From an uncultured delta proteobacterium (GTDB lineage: Bacteria > Desulfobacterota > Binatia > JACPRU01), in assembly GCA_963745025.1 (NCBI GenBank), contig CAVUWD010000010.1, positions 215,718 to 279,717 on the forward strand: 64,000 nucleotides of DNA. The letters run 5' to 3'. This document shows, piece by piece, positions 21,202 to 30,013 of the stretch. The number at the start of each line of letters is the position of its first letter. Position 1 is the first letter of the stretch. Position numbers and translations under genes: made by a program. The notes beneath the pieces are model-generated. The model was given only the letters and a program-made list of their open reading frames with translations, did no database searches and was not told the origin of the DNA.

Positions 21202-22814
21202 TCATTCGAGGGCGGGTGGCGCTTGCGGCTTCGGCTCCTCCACCTCGGTGAGCGTGGCCTCGCTGAGGAGCAGCACGCTGGCGACCGAGACCGCGTTCTC
21301 CAGCGCGATTCGCACGACCTTCGTCGGATCGATGATACCGGCCTCGACGAGGTCAACGTAGGTGTTGCGTGCGGCATCGTAGCCGAAGTTTCCCTTGCCT
21401 CCGCGCATGCGATCGACGACCACCCCACCGTCTACCCCGGAGTTCTCCGCGATCTGCCGTGTCGGAGCTTCGAGGGCATGCTTGAGGATCCGAAGGCCGG
21501 TCCGCTCGTCGCCTTCGCTCTTCGCTTCCTCGCGCTCGACGGCATCGATCGCGCGCAAGAGCGCCAGCCCTCCGCCGGGCACGATTCCTTCCGCCATCGC
21601 CGCCTTCGTCGAGCTGATCGCGTCGTCGAAGGCCTCCTTGCGGCTCTTCATCTCCGCCTCGGACGGCGCGCCGACGCGGATCACGGCCACGCCGCCGGCG
21701 AGCTTGGCGAGCCGCTCCTGGAGCTTCTCGCGATCGTAGTCGGACGTGGTCTCCTCGATCTGCCTGCGGATCTGCTTCACGCGGCCCTCGATGTCGGCTT
21801 CCTGCCCCCGCCGCCGATGATCGTCGTGTTGTCTTTGTCGATCACCACTCGCTTCGCTCGCCCGAGGTCCGAGAGGCTGACGTTCTCGAGCTTGATGCCG
21901 AGCTCTTCGGCGACGACGTGGCCGCCGGTGAGGATCGCGATGTCCTCGAGCATCGCCTTGCGCCGATCGCCGAAGCCCGGAGCCTTGACGGCCGCGCAGG
22001 GGAGCGTGCCGCGGATCTTGTTCACGACCAGGGTGGCGAGCGCTTCGCCCTCGACGTCCTCGGCGATGATCAGGAGCGGCCGTGCCGCCTTCAGCACCTG
22101 CTCCAGCATCGGCACCAGGTCCTTGAGGCCCGATAGCTTCTTCTCGTACAGCAGGATCAGCACGTCCTCGAGCATCGTCTCCATGCGGTCCGGATCGGTG
22201 ACGAAGTAAGGCGACAGATAGCCGCGGTCGAACTGCATCCCCTCGACGACCTCGAGCGCCGTCTCGGTCGTCTTCGCCTCCTCGACGGTGATCACGCCTT
22301 CGGCGCCGACCTTCTCGACCGCGTCGGCGACGAGCTCGCCGATCGTCGGATCGTTGTGCGCCGAGATCGTGGCGACTTGCGCTCGCTCCTTGCGACTCTG
22401 GACGGGACGCGACAGGCCGCGCAGCGCTTCGACGGCAGTCCGCAGGCCGCGATCGAGACCGCGCTTCAGGTCGACCGCGCTGGCCCCCGCGGCCACGTTG
22501 CGTACGCCTTCGGCGAAGATCGTGTGGGCGAGAATCGTCGCCGTGCTGGTGCCGTCGCCGACCGCGTCGCCGGTTCGGTCGGCGGCGCCGCGGATCATCC
22601 GTGCCCCGAGGTTCTCTTCGGGATCCTTGAGGTCGATCTCCTTGGCGATCGTGACGCCGTCGTTGCACACGAGCGGCTCTCCCCACTTCTTCTCGATCAG
22701 CACGGATTTCGATTTCGGGCCGAGCGTGACGCGTACGGCGTCGGTGAGCATGCTGGAGCCGCGAAGGATCTTCTCGCGAGCTTCCGAACGGAAGGTGAGT
22801 CGTTTGTACGGCAA
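21202..22814 (-). CDS. groEL: Chaperonin GroEL (Cpn60) with no adjacent groES; frameshift near 21800
   Basis: AGGAGG RBS with TTG start; [32 protein letters not shown]. Second frame: [25 protein letters not shown]. Confidence 0.93.
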
Positions 22815-22829
22815 GGCTTTCCTCCTAGG

Positions 22830-23075
22830 TCACTGGTCGATGAGAGAAACGCGCGGCAGCAGCGTGCGCTCGATGATCTCGGGCCACGCGTACTGCTCGG
22901 CCGTAAGGCGCGCCGAGCTCCGCAGCGCGGCGTTGGCGGCCGGGTCGGCGCAGACCCTCTTGAAGGAGCCCGATGAATTCCTTCGGGCTCGTGGTCTGCA
23001 TCACGAGCGCGTTGCGTCCCGGCACCGCGTAGTCTTCGCCGAGGGAGTATCCGGTGAGAGCGAGCCCGATCCCCT
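22830..23075 (-). pseudogene. C-terminal remnant of a GT-B glycosyltransferase
   Basis: Manual translation across a frameshift: GEDYAVPGRNALVMQTTSPKEFIGLL...ALRSSARLTAEQYAWPEIIERTLLPRV. No 5' part is present. Confidence 0.45.
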
Positions 23076-23091
23076 CGGGCGACTGGTCCGA

Positions 23092-23568
23092 CTACTTCTT
23101 CGCCTCGATTTGGACAGAAATCTTCTTCGGCTCTAGCTCCTTGGGCATCGGCAGGGTGATCTCGAGGACGCCCTTGTCGTAGCTGGCCTTGATCTTCTCG
23201 GCATCGACCTTGCCCGGAAGCCTCAGGCTCCGCTCCAGGCTTCCGTAGGAGATCTCTCGGCGCGTGTACTCGCCCTCCTTTGTCTCCTCCTTGTGCTTGC
23301 GCTCGGCCTTCACCGTCAGCACGTCGCCGGTCACGCTGATGTCGACTTCCTTCGGATCGACTCCCGGCAAGTCCAGGCGCACCACGAGATCGCCGTTCTT
23401 CGCGAAGCTCTCCATGGCGGGATGCCTCGCGAACGCCGTGCCCTCGAAGCGGGCACCGGCCGTGAAGCGTGAGAAGAGATCATCGATGCTGCGATGCCAC
23501 TCCTCAAGCTCCCGAAACGGTTCCCATTCGCTCTCCTCACGACGTCTCCAGGGGATCAGTGAACGCAT
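23092..23568 (-). CDS. Hsp20/alpha-crystallin small heat shock protein
   Basis: DLPGVDPKEVDISV, REISYGSLERSLRLP, ASYDKGVLEITLP; AGGAGG RBS. Confidence 0.95.
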   Translation of the reverse strand: MRSLIPWRRREESEWEPFRELEEWHRSIDDLFSRFTAGARFEGTAFARHPAMESFAKNGDLVVRLDLPGVDPKEVDISVTGDVLTVKAERKHKEETKEGEYTRREISYGSLERSLRLPGKVDAEKIKASYDKGVLEITLPMPKELEPKKISVQIEAKK

Positions 23569-23604
23569 TTTGCGCCTCCTTGATCGTTGATGCCGAAGTT
23601 ATGA

Positions 23605-23620
23605 TGCAAAGCACGCACCA
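23605..23620 (-). promoter_or_regulatory. sigma54 promoter candidate for hsp20
   Basis: TGGTGCGTGCTTTGCA (GG-N10-GC). Confidence 0.55.
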
Positions 23621-23678
23621 CTTGCAGTTACACGCCGGGAGCGGTCCCACTGCGGCTGCTTTGCCAAGAGCAAGAATA

Positions 23679-24767
23679 TCAGCGGCGCGAATTCCCAGAG
23701 ATTGGAAGATGCTCGAGCTTCGGGGGCGGCCGAAGTCCGGCGGCGATTCGCAAGCCGACGGAAGACAGGGGAATCCCGTCGAGCTCCCTGTGGCGGAACC
23801 ATCGCGCTCCCGGCCGGCGCTCGCGCACGCGGCGTTCGAGGCGGGCGTGGAAAACGAACGTTTCGATCCGCCGGTTGGTGATCGTGTGGAGGATCCGAAC
23901 GCCTTCACGCAGCGCCCGGCAGCGGATGCCGAGCCGCGCGAGCTCTCGTTGCGCCGCGGCTTCGAGCGCCTCACCGCGTCTCGGCTCGGCGGTCGGGAAC
24001 TCCCAGAGCCCACGAAGCAGGGGCCCGCGATCGTGACGGGTCATCAACACCCGACCGTCGCCTTCGAGCACCAGGCAGGCCCGCCGGACGCGCCGCGGCG
24101 AACGCCGAGACGGCGGATCGGGAAGGCGCTCGACCCAGCCCGTGTGGTAGGCGGCGCAGCTCGGGCGCAGCGGACACCGCGGGCAAGCCGGCGCTCGCGG
24201 CGTACAGAGCCTGGCGCCGAGCTCCATCAGCGCCTGGTTCCAGTCTCCCGGAGAGGATCGATCGACGAGATCCTCGGCGATCCGCCAGAGCCTGGCGGCC
24301 ACCGCTGGTCGGCGAATGGGTCCGCGGACCTTGAAGTGGCGCGCGAAGACTCTCGCGACGTTGCCATCGAGGACGGGCGTGGGGATGCCGAAGGCGATGC
24401 TGGCGACGGCGCCCGCCGTGTAGCGGCCGATGCCCGGCAATGAGCGCAGCGCTCGCGGATCGCCCGGTAGCTCTCCCCCGTGCCGCGCGACGATTTGTCG
24501 TGCGGCAAGACGCAGGTGGCGGGCGCGAGCGTAGTAGCCGAGGCCCGACCACGCCGCGAGCACGGCGCTCTCCGGCGCCTGCGCGAGCGTCGACACGTTC
24601 GGAAAGCGGCGGAGGAAGCGCGGGTAGTAGCGCAGAACGGTCTCGGAGCGTGTCTGCTGCAGCATGGTCTCGGCGACCCAGATCGCGTACGGGTCACGGG
24701 TTTGCCGCCACGGAAGCTCGCGGCGGTGCCGCCGGTACCAGCGAAGCAGCGAGGCGCGGGTGTTCAC
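23679..24767 (-). CDS. mutY: A/G-specific adenine DNA glycosylase
   Basis: RELPWR, IWVAETMLQQT, WSGLGYYARAR, LPGIGRYTA, DGNVARV, Fe-S motif CTPRAPACPRCPLRPSC, C-terminal NUDIX-like GLWEFP. Confidence 0.95.
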   Translation of the reverse strand: MNTRASLLRWYRRHRRELPWRQTRDPYAIWVAETMLQQTRSETVLRYYPRFLRRFPNVSTLAQAPESAVLAAWSGLGYYARARHLRLAARQIVARHGGELPGDPRALRSLPGIGRYTAGAVASIAFGIPTPVLDGNVARVFARHFKVRGPIRRPAVAARLWRIAEDLVDRSSPGDWNQALMELGARLCTPRAPACPRCPLRPSCAAYHTGWVERLPDPPSRRSPRRVRRACLVLEGDGRVLMTRHDRGPLLRGLWEFPTAEPRRGEALEAAAQRELARLGIRCRALREGVRILHTITNRRIETFVFHARLERRVRERRPGARWFRHRELDGIPLSSVGLRIAAGLRPPPKLEHLPISGNSRR

Positions 24768-24853
24768 GCCGGGGCGATCACCAGCACGCGTGGCTCCGTC
24801 GTGGATTCCATGGCGGAGCGCACGCCTTCGCGCCCGAAGCCCGAGTCCTTGCC
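24764..24853 (-). pseudogene. C-terminal remnant of an aldehyde dehydrogenase
   Basis: GKDSGFGREGVRSAMESTTEPRVLVIAPA*, matching the ALDH terminal G.K.SG.GREG motif. Its stop overlaps the mutY GTG start (GTGA). Confidence 0.6.
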
Positions 24854-25060
24854 GTGTCATGGCTTGGATTCGCGCTTCATGCCTCTCGAGCATGGCACCG
24901 CTCGTGTGCTCGAGAAAGAGGCGCAGCGGTGAAGCGAAATCGATCGAAGGCTCGGAACGCGTCGAGTCCGCGCCTGGCGTAGCCGCGTCGCGAGCGCCAA
25001 GTTCTTCGCGATACCGTCTTTGGACGCATTGACGGGCCCGTGAAGGAAGCTCGTGGCGGC

Positions 25061-27256
25061 CTAGTCAGGTGCGGACTCGACGCGTTCCGATGCGCGAACA
25101 TGCGTCGCTTCGAGCGCCGCCTGTTCGCCGAGCTCTGCCGACGCTCGCATCGCCGGAAGGTAGAGCTGCTCGACGTATTCCTTGACCATGCGACGTGCCG
25201 AGAATCTCGTGGCTGCCGACCGCATGGCCTCCTTCATCAGCTCGACCCAGCCGCGCGGTACGTTGTCCGAGTCGCGAGCGTAGTAGAGTGGGATGACTTC
25301 TTCGGAAAGCACACGGTAGAGATCTTGCGCGTCGAGCGCGTCGTCGCTCTCCATCGTCTGCTCACGCTTCCGTCCGAACGCCCAGCCGTTGCCGCCGCGG
25401 TAACCCTCGTACCACCAACCGTCGAGCACGGAGAGATGCGGTGCGCCGTTCAGCCCCGCCTTCTGTCCGCTCGTTCCGCATGCTTCCATCGGTGGGCGCG
25501 GCGTGTTCAGCCACAGGTCCACTCCCGAGACCATGAATTTGGAGACGTGCAAGTCATAGTCGTCGACGAAGGCGATGCGTGCCCCGAGCCTTCGGTCGAG
25601 CGCCTTCTCGTACACCTCGCGGATGAGATGCTTGCCCGGGTCATCCGCGGGGTGGGCCTTGCCGGCGAAGACGATCTGCAGCGGGCGCCAGGGGTCCTCG
25701 AGCATGCGGAAGAGCCGCTCGATGTCGTGGAAGATCAGCGTGGCCCGCTTGTACGTCGCAAAGCGTCGCGCGAAGCCGATGGTGAGCGCCTCGGGGTCGA
25801 GCAGCGTGCCCGCTGCGAGAAGCTGCGCCGCTTCGGTGAGCCCGCGCATCCAGCGAAGGCGGGCGCGCTCGCGAATGAGCCCGACGAAGCCGCGCTTCAG
25901 CTGGAGATGGACGCGCCAGAGCTCGTCGTCGCGAACGCTCACCAGATCTTCCCAGAGCGCCGGCTCGTCGTGGCGTGTGAGCCAGTCGGGGCCGAGCGTT
26001 CGGGAGAGCAGCGCCGACAGACGCGGCGCCACCCACGTCGGGACGTGGACGCCGTTGGTCACCGAGGTGATCGGCACTTGATCCTCGTTGCGGTCGGGAA
26101 ACACGCCGCGCCACATCCGCCGAGAGACTTTGCCGTGTAGCTCGCTCACCGCGTTGCACCGTCCCGACGCCCGCAGCGAGAACACGGTCATGTTGAAGCT
26201 CTTGCCCCAGCTCTCCTGATGCTCGCCGAGCGCGAAGCAGCGGTCCTTCAGCGGCTCGAGACCATCCCAGTAGCCACGGAACGAATCCTCGAGGAGCGAG
26301 AAGGGAAAGGCGTCGTGTCCCGCCGGCACGGGGGTATGCGTCGTGAAGACCGTGGCGGCGCGAACACGCTCGAGCGCCGCTTCGAAGGGGACCCCGGCGG
26401 CGAGCTGCTCGCGAAGCCGCTCGAGCATCATGAAGGCCACGTGGCCTTCGTTGGCATGCCAGACGGTGGGCTCGATCGAGAGAGCCCGGAGCAGCCGCAC
26501 GCCGCCGATCCCGAGTAGGATCTCCTGCGCGATCCGCGTGCGCTGGTCGCCGCCATACAGCCGAGCGGGAATGTCGCGATCCCAGGAATCGTTGGCCTCG
26601 AGATCGGTGTCGAGGAGGAGGAGGCGGCCTCGGCCGAGATGCACTTCATAGGCCGCGACCGTCACCGAGCGTGCCGCGAACGCGACCGAGACCTGCACGC
26701 GCTCGCCCGCAGCGGTCGTGATGGGGCGGATCGGTGCGTGACCCCAATTGATGACTTCGATCGCCTGCTCCTGCCATCCCGAGCTCGAGATCCGCTGATG
26801 GAAATAGCCGCGCGGGTACATGAACCCCACCCCGACGATGGACACGCCGAGGTCACTTGCTTCCTTGCAGTGGTCGCCGGCGAGCACGCCGAGACCGCCG
26901 CTGTAAATCGGCAGCGAGTTGTGCAGACCGAACTCCGCCGAGAAATAGGCGATGCGCTTCGGCGCGAGCTCCGGGCGCTCGAGGGCCGCCCAAGACCCCT
27001 CCCCGGCGAGCATCTCGTCGAAGGCGAGCAGCACGGCGTCGAAACGCCTCACGAACGCCGGATCCGCCGCCGCCTTGACGAGACGCTCTTCGGGGACTTC
27101 GTGCAGTAGCTTGACGGGATTGTGCTCGGTATCGTTCCAGAGGGTCGCATCGATGGCCTCGAAGAGCGCCCTCGTCTCCTCGTTCCAACTCCACCAGAGG
27201 TTGTAGGCGAGCTCTTCGATGCGCGCGATGCGGGGCGGGATGCGGCGTTTCAGCAT
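25061..27256 (-). CDS. glgP: Alpha-glucan (glycogen/maltodextrin) phosphorylase
   Basis: YFSAEFG, YSGGLGVLAGDH, NEGH, TTHTPVPAGHD, FARRFATYKR, PLP site EACGTSGQKA. Confidence 0.95.
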   Translation of the reverse strand: MLKRRIPPRIARIEELAYNLWWSWNEETRALFEAIDATLWNDTEHNPVKLLHEVPEERLVKAAADPAFVRRFDAVLLAFDEMLAGEGSWAALERPELAPKRIAYFSAEFGLHNSLPIYSGGLGVLAGDHCKEASDLGVSIVGVGFMYPRGYFHQRISSSGWQEQAIEVINWGHAPIRPITTAAGERVQVSVAFAARSVTVAAYEVHLGRGRLLLLDTDLEANDSWDRDIPARLYGGDQRTRIAQEILLGIGGVRLLRALSIEPTVWHANEGHVAFMMLERLREQLAAGVPFEAALERVRAATVFTTHTPVPAGHDAFPFSLLEDSFRGYWDGLEPLKDRCFALGEHQESWGKSFNMTVFSLRASGRCNAVSELHGKVSRRMWRGVFPDRNEDQVPITSVTNGVHVPTWVAPRLSALLSRTLGPDWLTRHDEPALWEDLVSVRDDELWRVHLQLKRGFVGLIRERARLRWMRGLTEAAQLLAAGTLLDPEALTIGFARRFATYKRATLIFHDIERLFRMLEDPWRPLQIVFAGKAHPADDPGKHLIREVYEKALDRRLGARIAFVDDYDLHVSKFMVSGVDLWLNTPRPPMEACGTSGQKAGLNGAPHLSVLDGWWYEGYRGGNGWAFGRKREQTMESDDALDAQDLYRVLSEEVIPLYYARDSDNVPRGWVELMKEAMRSAATRFSARRMVKEYVEQLYLPAMRASAELGEQAALEATHVRASERVESAPD

Positions 27257-27402
27257 CGATTCGGCGATCGGCTCTCAGCTATGGCAATCGGCAACGACGG
27301 GGTCGGGCGGCTCCGAACGGACGAGACTCGCGAGCTCGGTGACGAAGTCGGCGCTCGCCGGGGTGCGTCGTGAGATGGCACCGGGCCCCGTTAGCATCGC
27401 CG

Positions 27403-27461
27403 CCGGCTACCGGCAACCGGCCACCGGCAAAGACTCCGCTGTCTTCCATAGCCGGTTGCCG
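27403..27461. repeat. Heptamer tandem repeat (CCGGC[TAC]A x4) with an inverted copy; REP/terminator-like hairpin
   Basis: CCGGCTA CCGGCAA CCGGCCA CCGGCAA at 27403-27430, and complementary TAGCCGGTTGCCG at 27449-27461, directly downstream of hemW. Confidence 0.55.
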
Positions 27462-27463
27462 CC

Positions 27464-28618
27464 CTACACGAAGGTCGCGAACACCGAGTCGGCGAGCAGA
27501 AGCCCGCGCGGGGAGAGCGCCAAACGTCGGTCGGCATGCCGCTCGAGGAGCCCATCGCCGAGCAATTGCTCCACCTCGGGGAACGTCTCCTCGAGCGGCG
27601 ATCCGAACCGGGCACGAAACGCTTCCTCGCCAACTCCTTCGCTCGTACGCAGGTGGAGGAACACGAACTCGCCGGCCGTCTTCCTCGGCCCGAGCGTCTC
27701 TTGGCGGACGACGGCTCCGCCGCCTCGGAGCGCGCGACTCGCGTAGAGGGCCGGGTCCTTTTCGTTCGACCAGCGACGCGCGCAGCTCCCGCGCGGCTCG
27801 TGGGAATGCGCCCCCGCGCCGATTCCCAGGTAGGGTCCGGCGTGCCAGTAGTTCCGGTTGTGCCGCGCTTCGAAGCCGGGCCGGGCGAAGTTCGAGACTT
27901 CGTACGCCCGGTAACCGGCGTTCCCCAGGCGACTGCGCGCTTCCTCGAACATCGCGGCTTCGATCTCGTCTTCGAGCGGGTCGAGCCTTCCCGCGCGCTT
28001 CAGGTCGAAGAACGGTGTTCCTTCCTCGTAGGTCAAGTTGTACGCGGAGATGTGCTCGGGGGCGTGCGAGATCGCGGTGTCGAGGTCGGTGCGCCAGTCG
28101 GCGACACTTTGCCCCGGCACGGCGAACATCAGGTCGAGACTGACGTTGGCGAAACCGGCCTCGCGCGCCATCGCCACGGCCAGGCGTGTCTCGGCCGCGG
28201 TCTGCAAGCGGCCGAGTCGCTTCAGGACGTGAGGGTGAAACGACTCGATGCCGAAGGAGAGCCGATTCACGCCCGCCCGGCGGTAGCCGGCGAGCTTCGC
28301 GACCCCGACGGACTCGGGGGTCGCTTCGAGCGATATTTCGACCGTCGTCTCGACGGCAAACGCGCGGCGCGCTTGGTCGAGCAAGCGGGCGATCGATTCG
28401 GCGGCGAACAACGAGGGCGTGCCGCCGCCGAGAAAGATCGTCGCCAGTCGCTTGCCGCCGAACGGCGGAGCGCTCGCGTGTAGCAGGAGCTCGGCGATCA
28501 GCGCGTCGACGTAGCGCGCCTCGGGCCAGGTGGCCGCCGCCTCGACGTTGAAGTCGCAGTACGGGCACTTCGTCCGGCAGTAGGGGATGTGTACGTAGAG
28601 GCCGAAGGTCTCAAACAC
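27464..28618 (-). CDS. hemW: Radical SAM heme chaperone HemW (HemN-like)
   Basis: YVHIPYCRTKCPYCDFN, GGGTPS, YEVSNFA, HNRNYW, GIGAGAHS. Confidence 0.92.
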   Translation of the reverse strand: MFETFGLYVHIPYCRTKCPYCDFNVEAAATWPEARYVDALIAELLLHASAPPFGGKRLATIFLGGGTPSLFAAESIARLLDQARRAFAVETTVEISLEATPESVGVAKLAGYRRAGVNRLSFGIESFHPHVLKRLGRLQTAAETRLAVAMAREAGFANVSLDLMFAVPGQSVADWRTDLDTAISHAPEHISAYNLTYEEGTPFFDLKRAGRLDPLEDEIEAAMFEEARSRLGNAGYRAYEVSNFARPGFEARHNRNYWHAGPYLGIGAGAHSHEPRGSCARRWSNEKDPALYASRALRGGGAVVRQETLGPRKTAGEFVFLHLRTSEGVGEEAFRARFGSPLEETFPEVEQLLGDGLLERHADRRLALSPRGLLLADSVFATFV

Positions 28619-29261
28619 CGAGGCCTGACGCTCCGACGAGGATGCGCTCGATCTCGCGCACGTTGACGATCACGTGATCGATCGTCTCGTCCGCGCGATC
28701 GCTCGTTGCTTCCGCGACCCAGATCGTACGCATGCCGAGTCGCTTCGCCGCCGCGAGATTCGCGCGCAGGTCGTCGATCAAAGAGCAACGCTCGGCCGGT
28801 GCTCCGAGGCGCTCGAGCGCCGATCGGAACGCGCCCGGGCTCGGCTTCGGCACGTAGCCGAGGTCTTCGAGCCCGATCACGCTCTCGAATGGCTTCTCGA
28901 GGCGGAGCAGGGCGAGCACACGCTCTGCATGCGCCCGCGACGCATTGCTGAACACCACCTTTCGGCCTGGCAGCCGTTCGAGCAAGGCCCCGAGCGTCGG
29001 GTCGGGCTCGAGGAGATCGGCGAGCTCGATGTCGTGCACGTATTCCAAGTAATCGTCGGCGTCGACGGAGTATTGGGCCGTGAGACCGCGGAGCGTCGTG
29101 CCGTGCTCGGCCCAGAAGCGCCGCCGCACGCCGTCGACCTCGGAAGCGGGGATTCCGATCCGCGCGTGAAGATAATCGTTGATGCGCTGGTCGATGCGCG
29201 CGACCACGCCGAGGCTCTGCGGGTAGAGCGTATTGTCCAGGTCGAAGAGAAGAACGGGCAC
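28611..29261 (-). CDS. HAD-superfamily pyrimidine 5'-nucleotidase
   Basis: FDLDNTLYP, HGTTLRGL, FSNA, PKP, IDD..NL..AK.LGM.T. Confidence 0.88.
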   Translation of the reverse strand: MPVLLFDLDNTLYPQSLGVVARIDQRINDYLHARIGIPASEVDGVRRRFWAEHGTTLRGLTAQYSVDADDYLEYVHDIELADLLEPDPTLGALLERLPGRKVVFSNASRAHAERVLALLRLEKPFESVIGLEDLGYVPKPSPGAFRSALERLGAPAERCSLIDDLRANLAAAKRLGMRTIWVAEATSDRADETIDHVIVNVREIERILVGASGLGV

Positions 29262-29313
29262 CGGGCGATCGTAGCAGAGGCTCCGCATGCGATCGACCGG
29301 CGGCTCGACGGGT

Positions 29314-29922
29314 TCAGCGATACTTCCGCAGGATCGCGACGACGCGTCCGCGGCTCGTGAAGTCCTTCTCCTTGACGAAGATCGGCTGTATTCGCTCGTT
29401 GGCGGGCTGCAGTCGGATCCTTCCACCCTTCTCGCGAAAGAATCGCTTCACCGTTGCGTCACCGTTCACCATCGCAACGATCGTATCTCCATTCTCGGGA
29501 ACGGAACGCTCCTCGACCACGATGAAGTCGCCGTCGAGAATGCCATCCTCGATCATCGAGTCGCCTTTGACGCGGAGCACGTAGCTGTTGTCGCGTCGCA
29601 CCAGCTCTTCGGGCACGGCGATCGATCCCGGTGTCTCGATGGCCTCGATCGGCGCGCCGGCGGCGACTTGTCCGAGCAGCGGCAGCTCCACGGCGGCGAC
29701 CTTGCGCTTTTGCGGGACGAGCTCGAGCGCGCGGCTGTGGTTCCACTTACGCCGGACGATGCCCTTGGCCGCGAGGTTCGTGAGGTGCTTGTGAACGGTA
29801 GCGGGTGACGAGAGGCTGAACTTCGCACCGATCTCTTCGAGCGTCGGCGCGTAGCCGTGCTCGCCGATGTAGTCGTCGAGGTAGTCGACGATCTCCTTTT
29901 GACGCTTGGTGAGCGTAGCCAC
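29314..29922 (-). CDS. lexA: SOS repressor LexA
   Basis: LTKRQ, GYAPTLEEI, VAAG cleavage site, GDSM, TVKR. Confidence 0.96.
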   Translation of the reverse strand: MATLTKRQKEIVDYLDDYIGEHGYAPTLEEIGAKFSLSSPATVHKHLTNLAAKGIVRRKWNHSRALELVPQKRKVAAVELPLLGQVAAGAPIEAIETPGSIAVPEELVRRDNSYVLRVKGDSMIEDGILDGDFIVVEERSVPENGDTIVAMVNGDATVKRFFREKGGRIRLQPANERIQPIFVKEKDFTSRGRVVAILRKYR

Positions 29923-29936
29923 TGATTCGAGAGCCT

Positions 29937-29954
29937 AGGCGAAAATAAGGCGAA
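29937..29954 (-). promoter_or_regulatory. Candidate LexA operator (direct repeat)
   Basis: AGGCGAA-AATA-AGGCGAA, 11-bp period; minus strand CTTC-N7-TTTC; 15-32 bp upstream of the lexA start. Confidence 0.6.
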
Positions 29955-30013
29955 GTGCAAGCGATCGACGCAACGCGGGCGAGCGCGCCATCCCACGTCG
30001 TCGTCGTGTCCGG

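Noticed and set aside
24893-24910. TGGCACCGCTCGTGTGCT as a sigma54 promoter
   Set aside because: GG-to-GC spacing is 12 rather than 10, and no gene follows on that strand.
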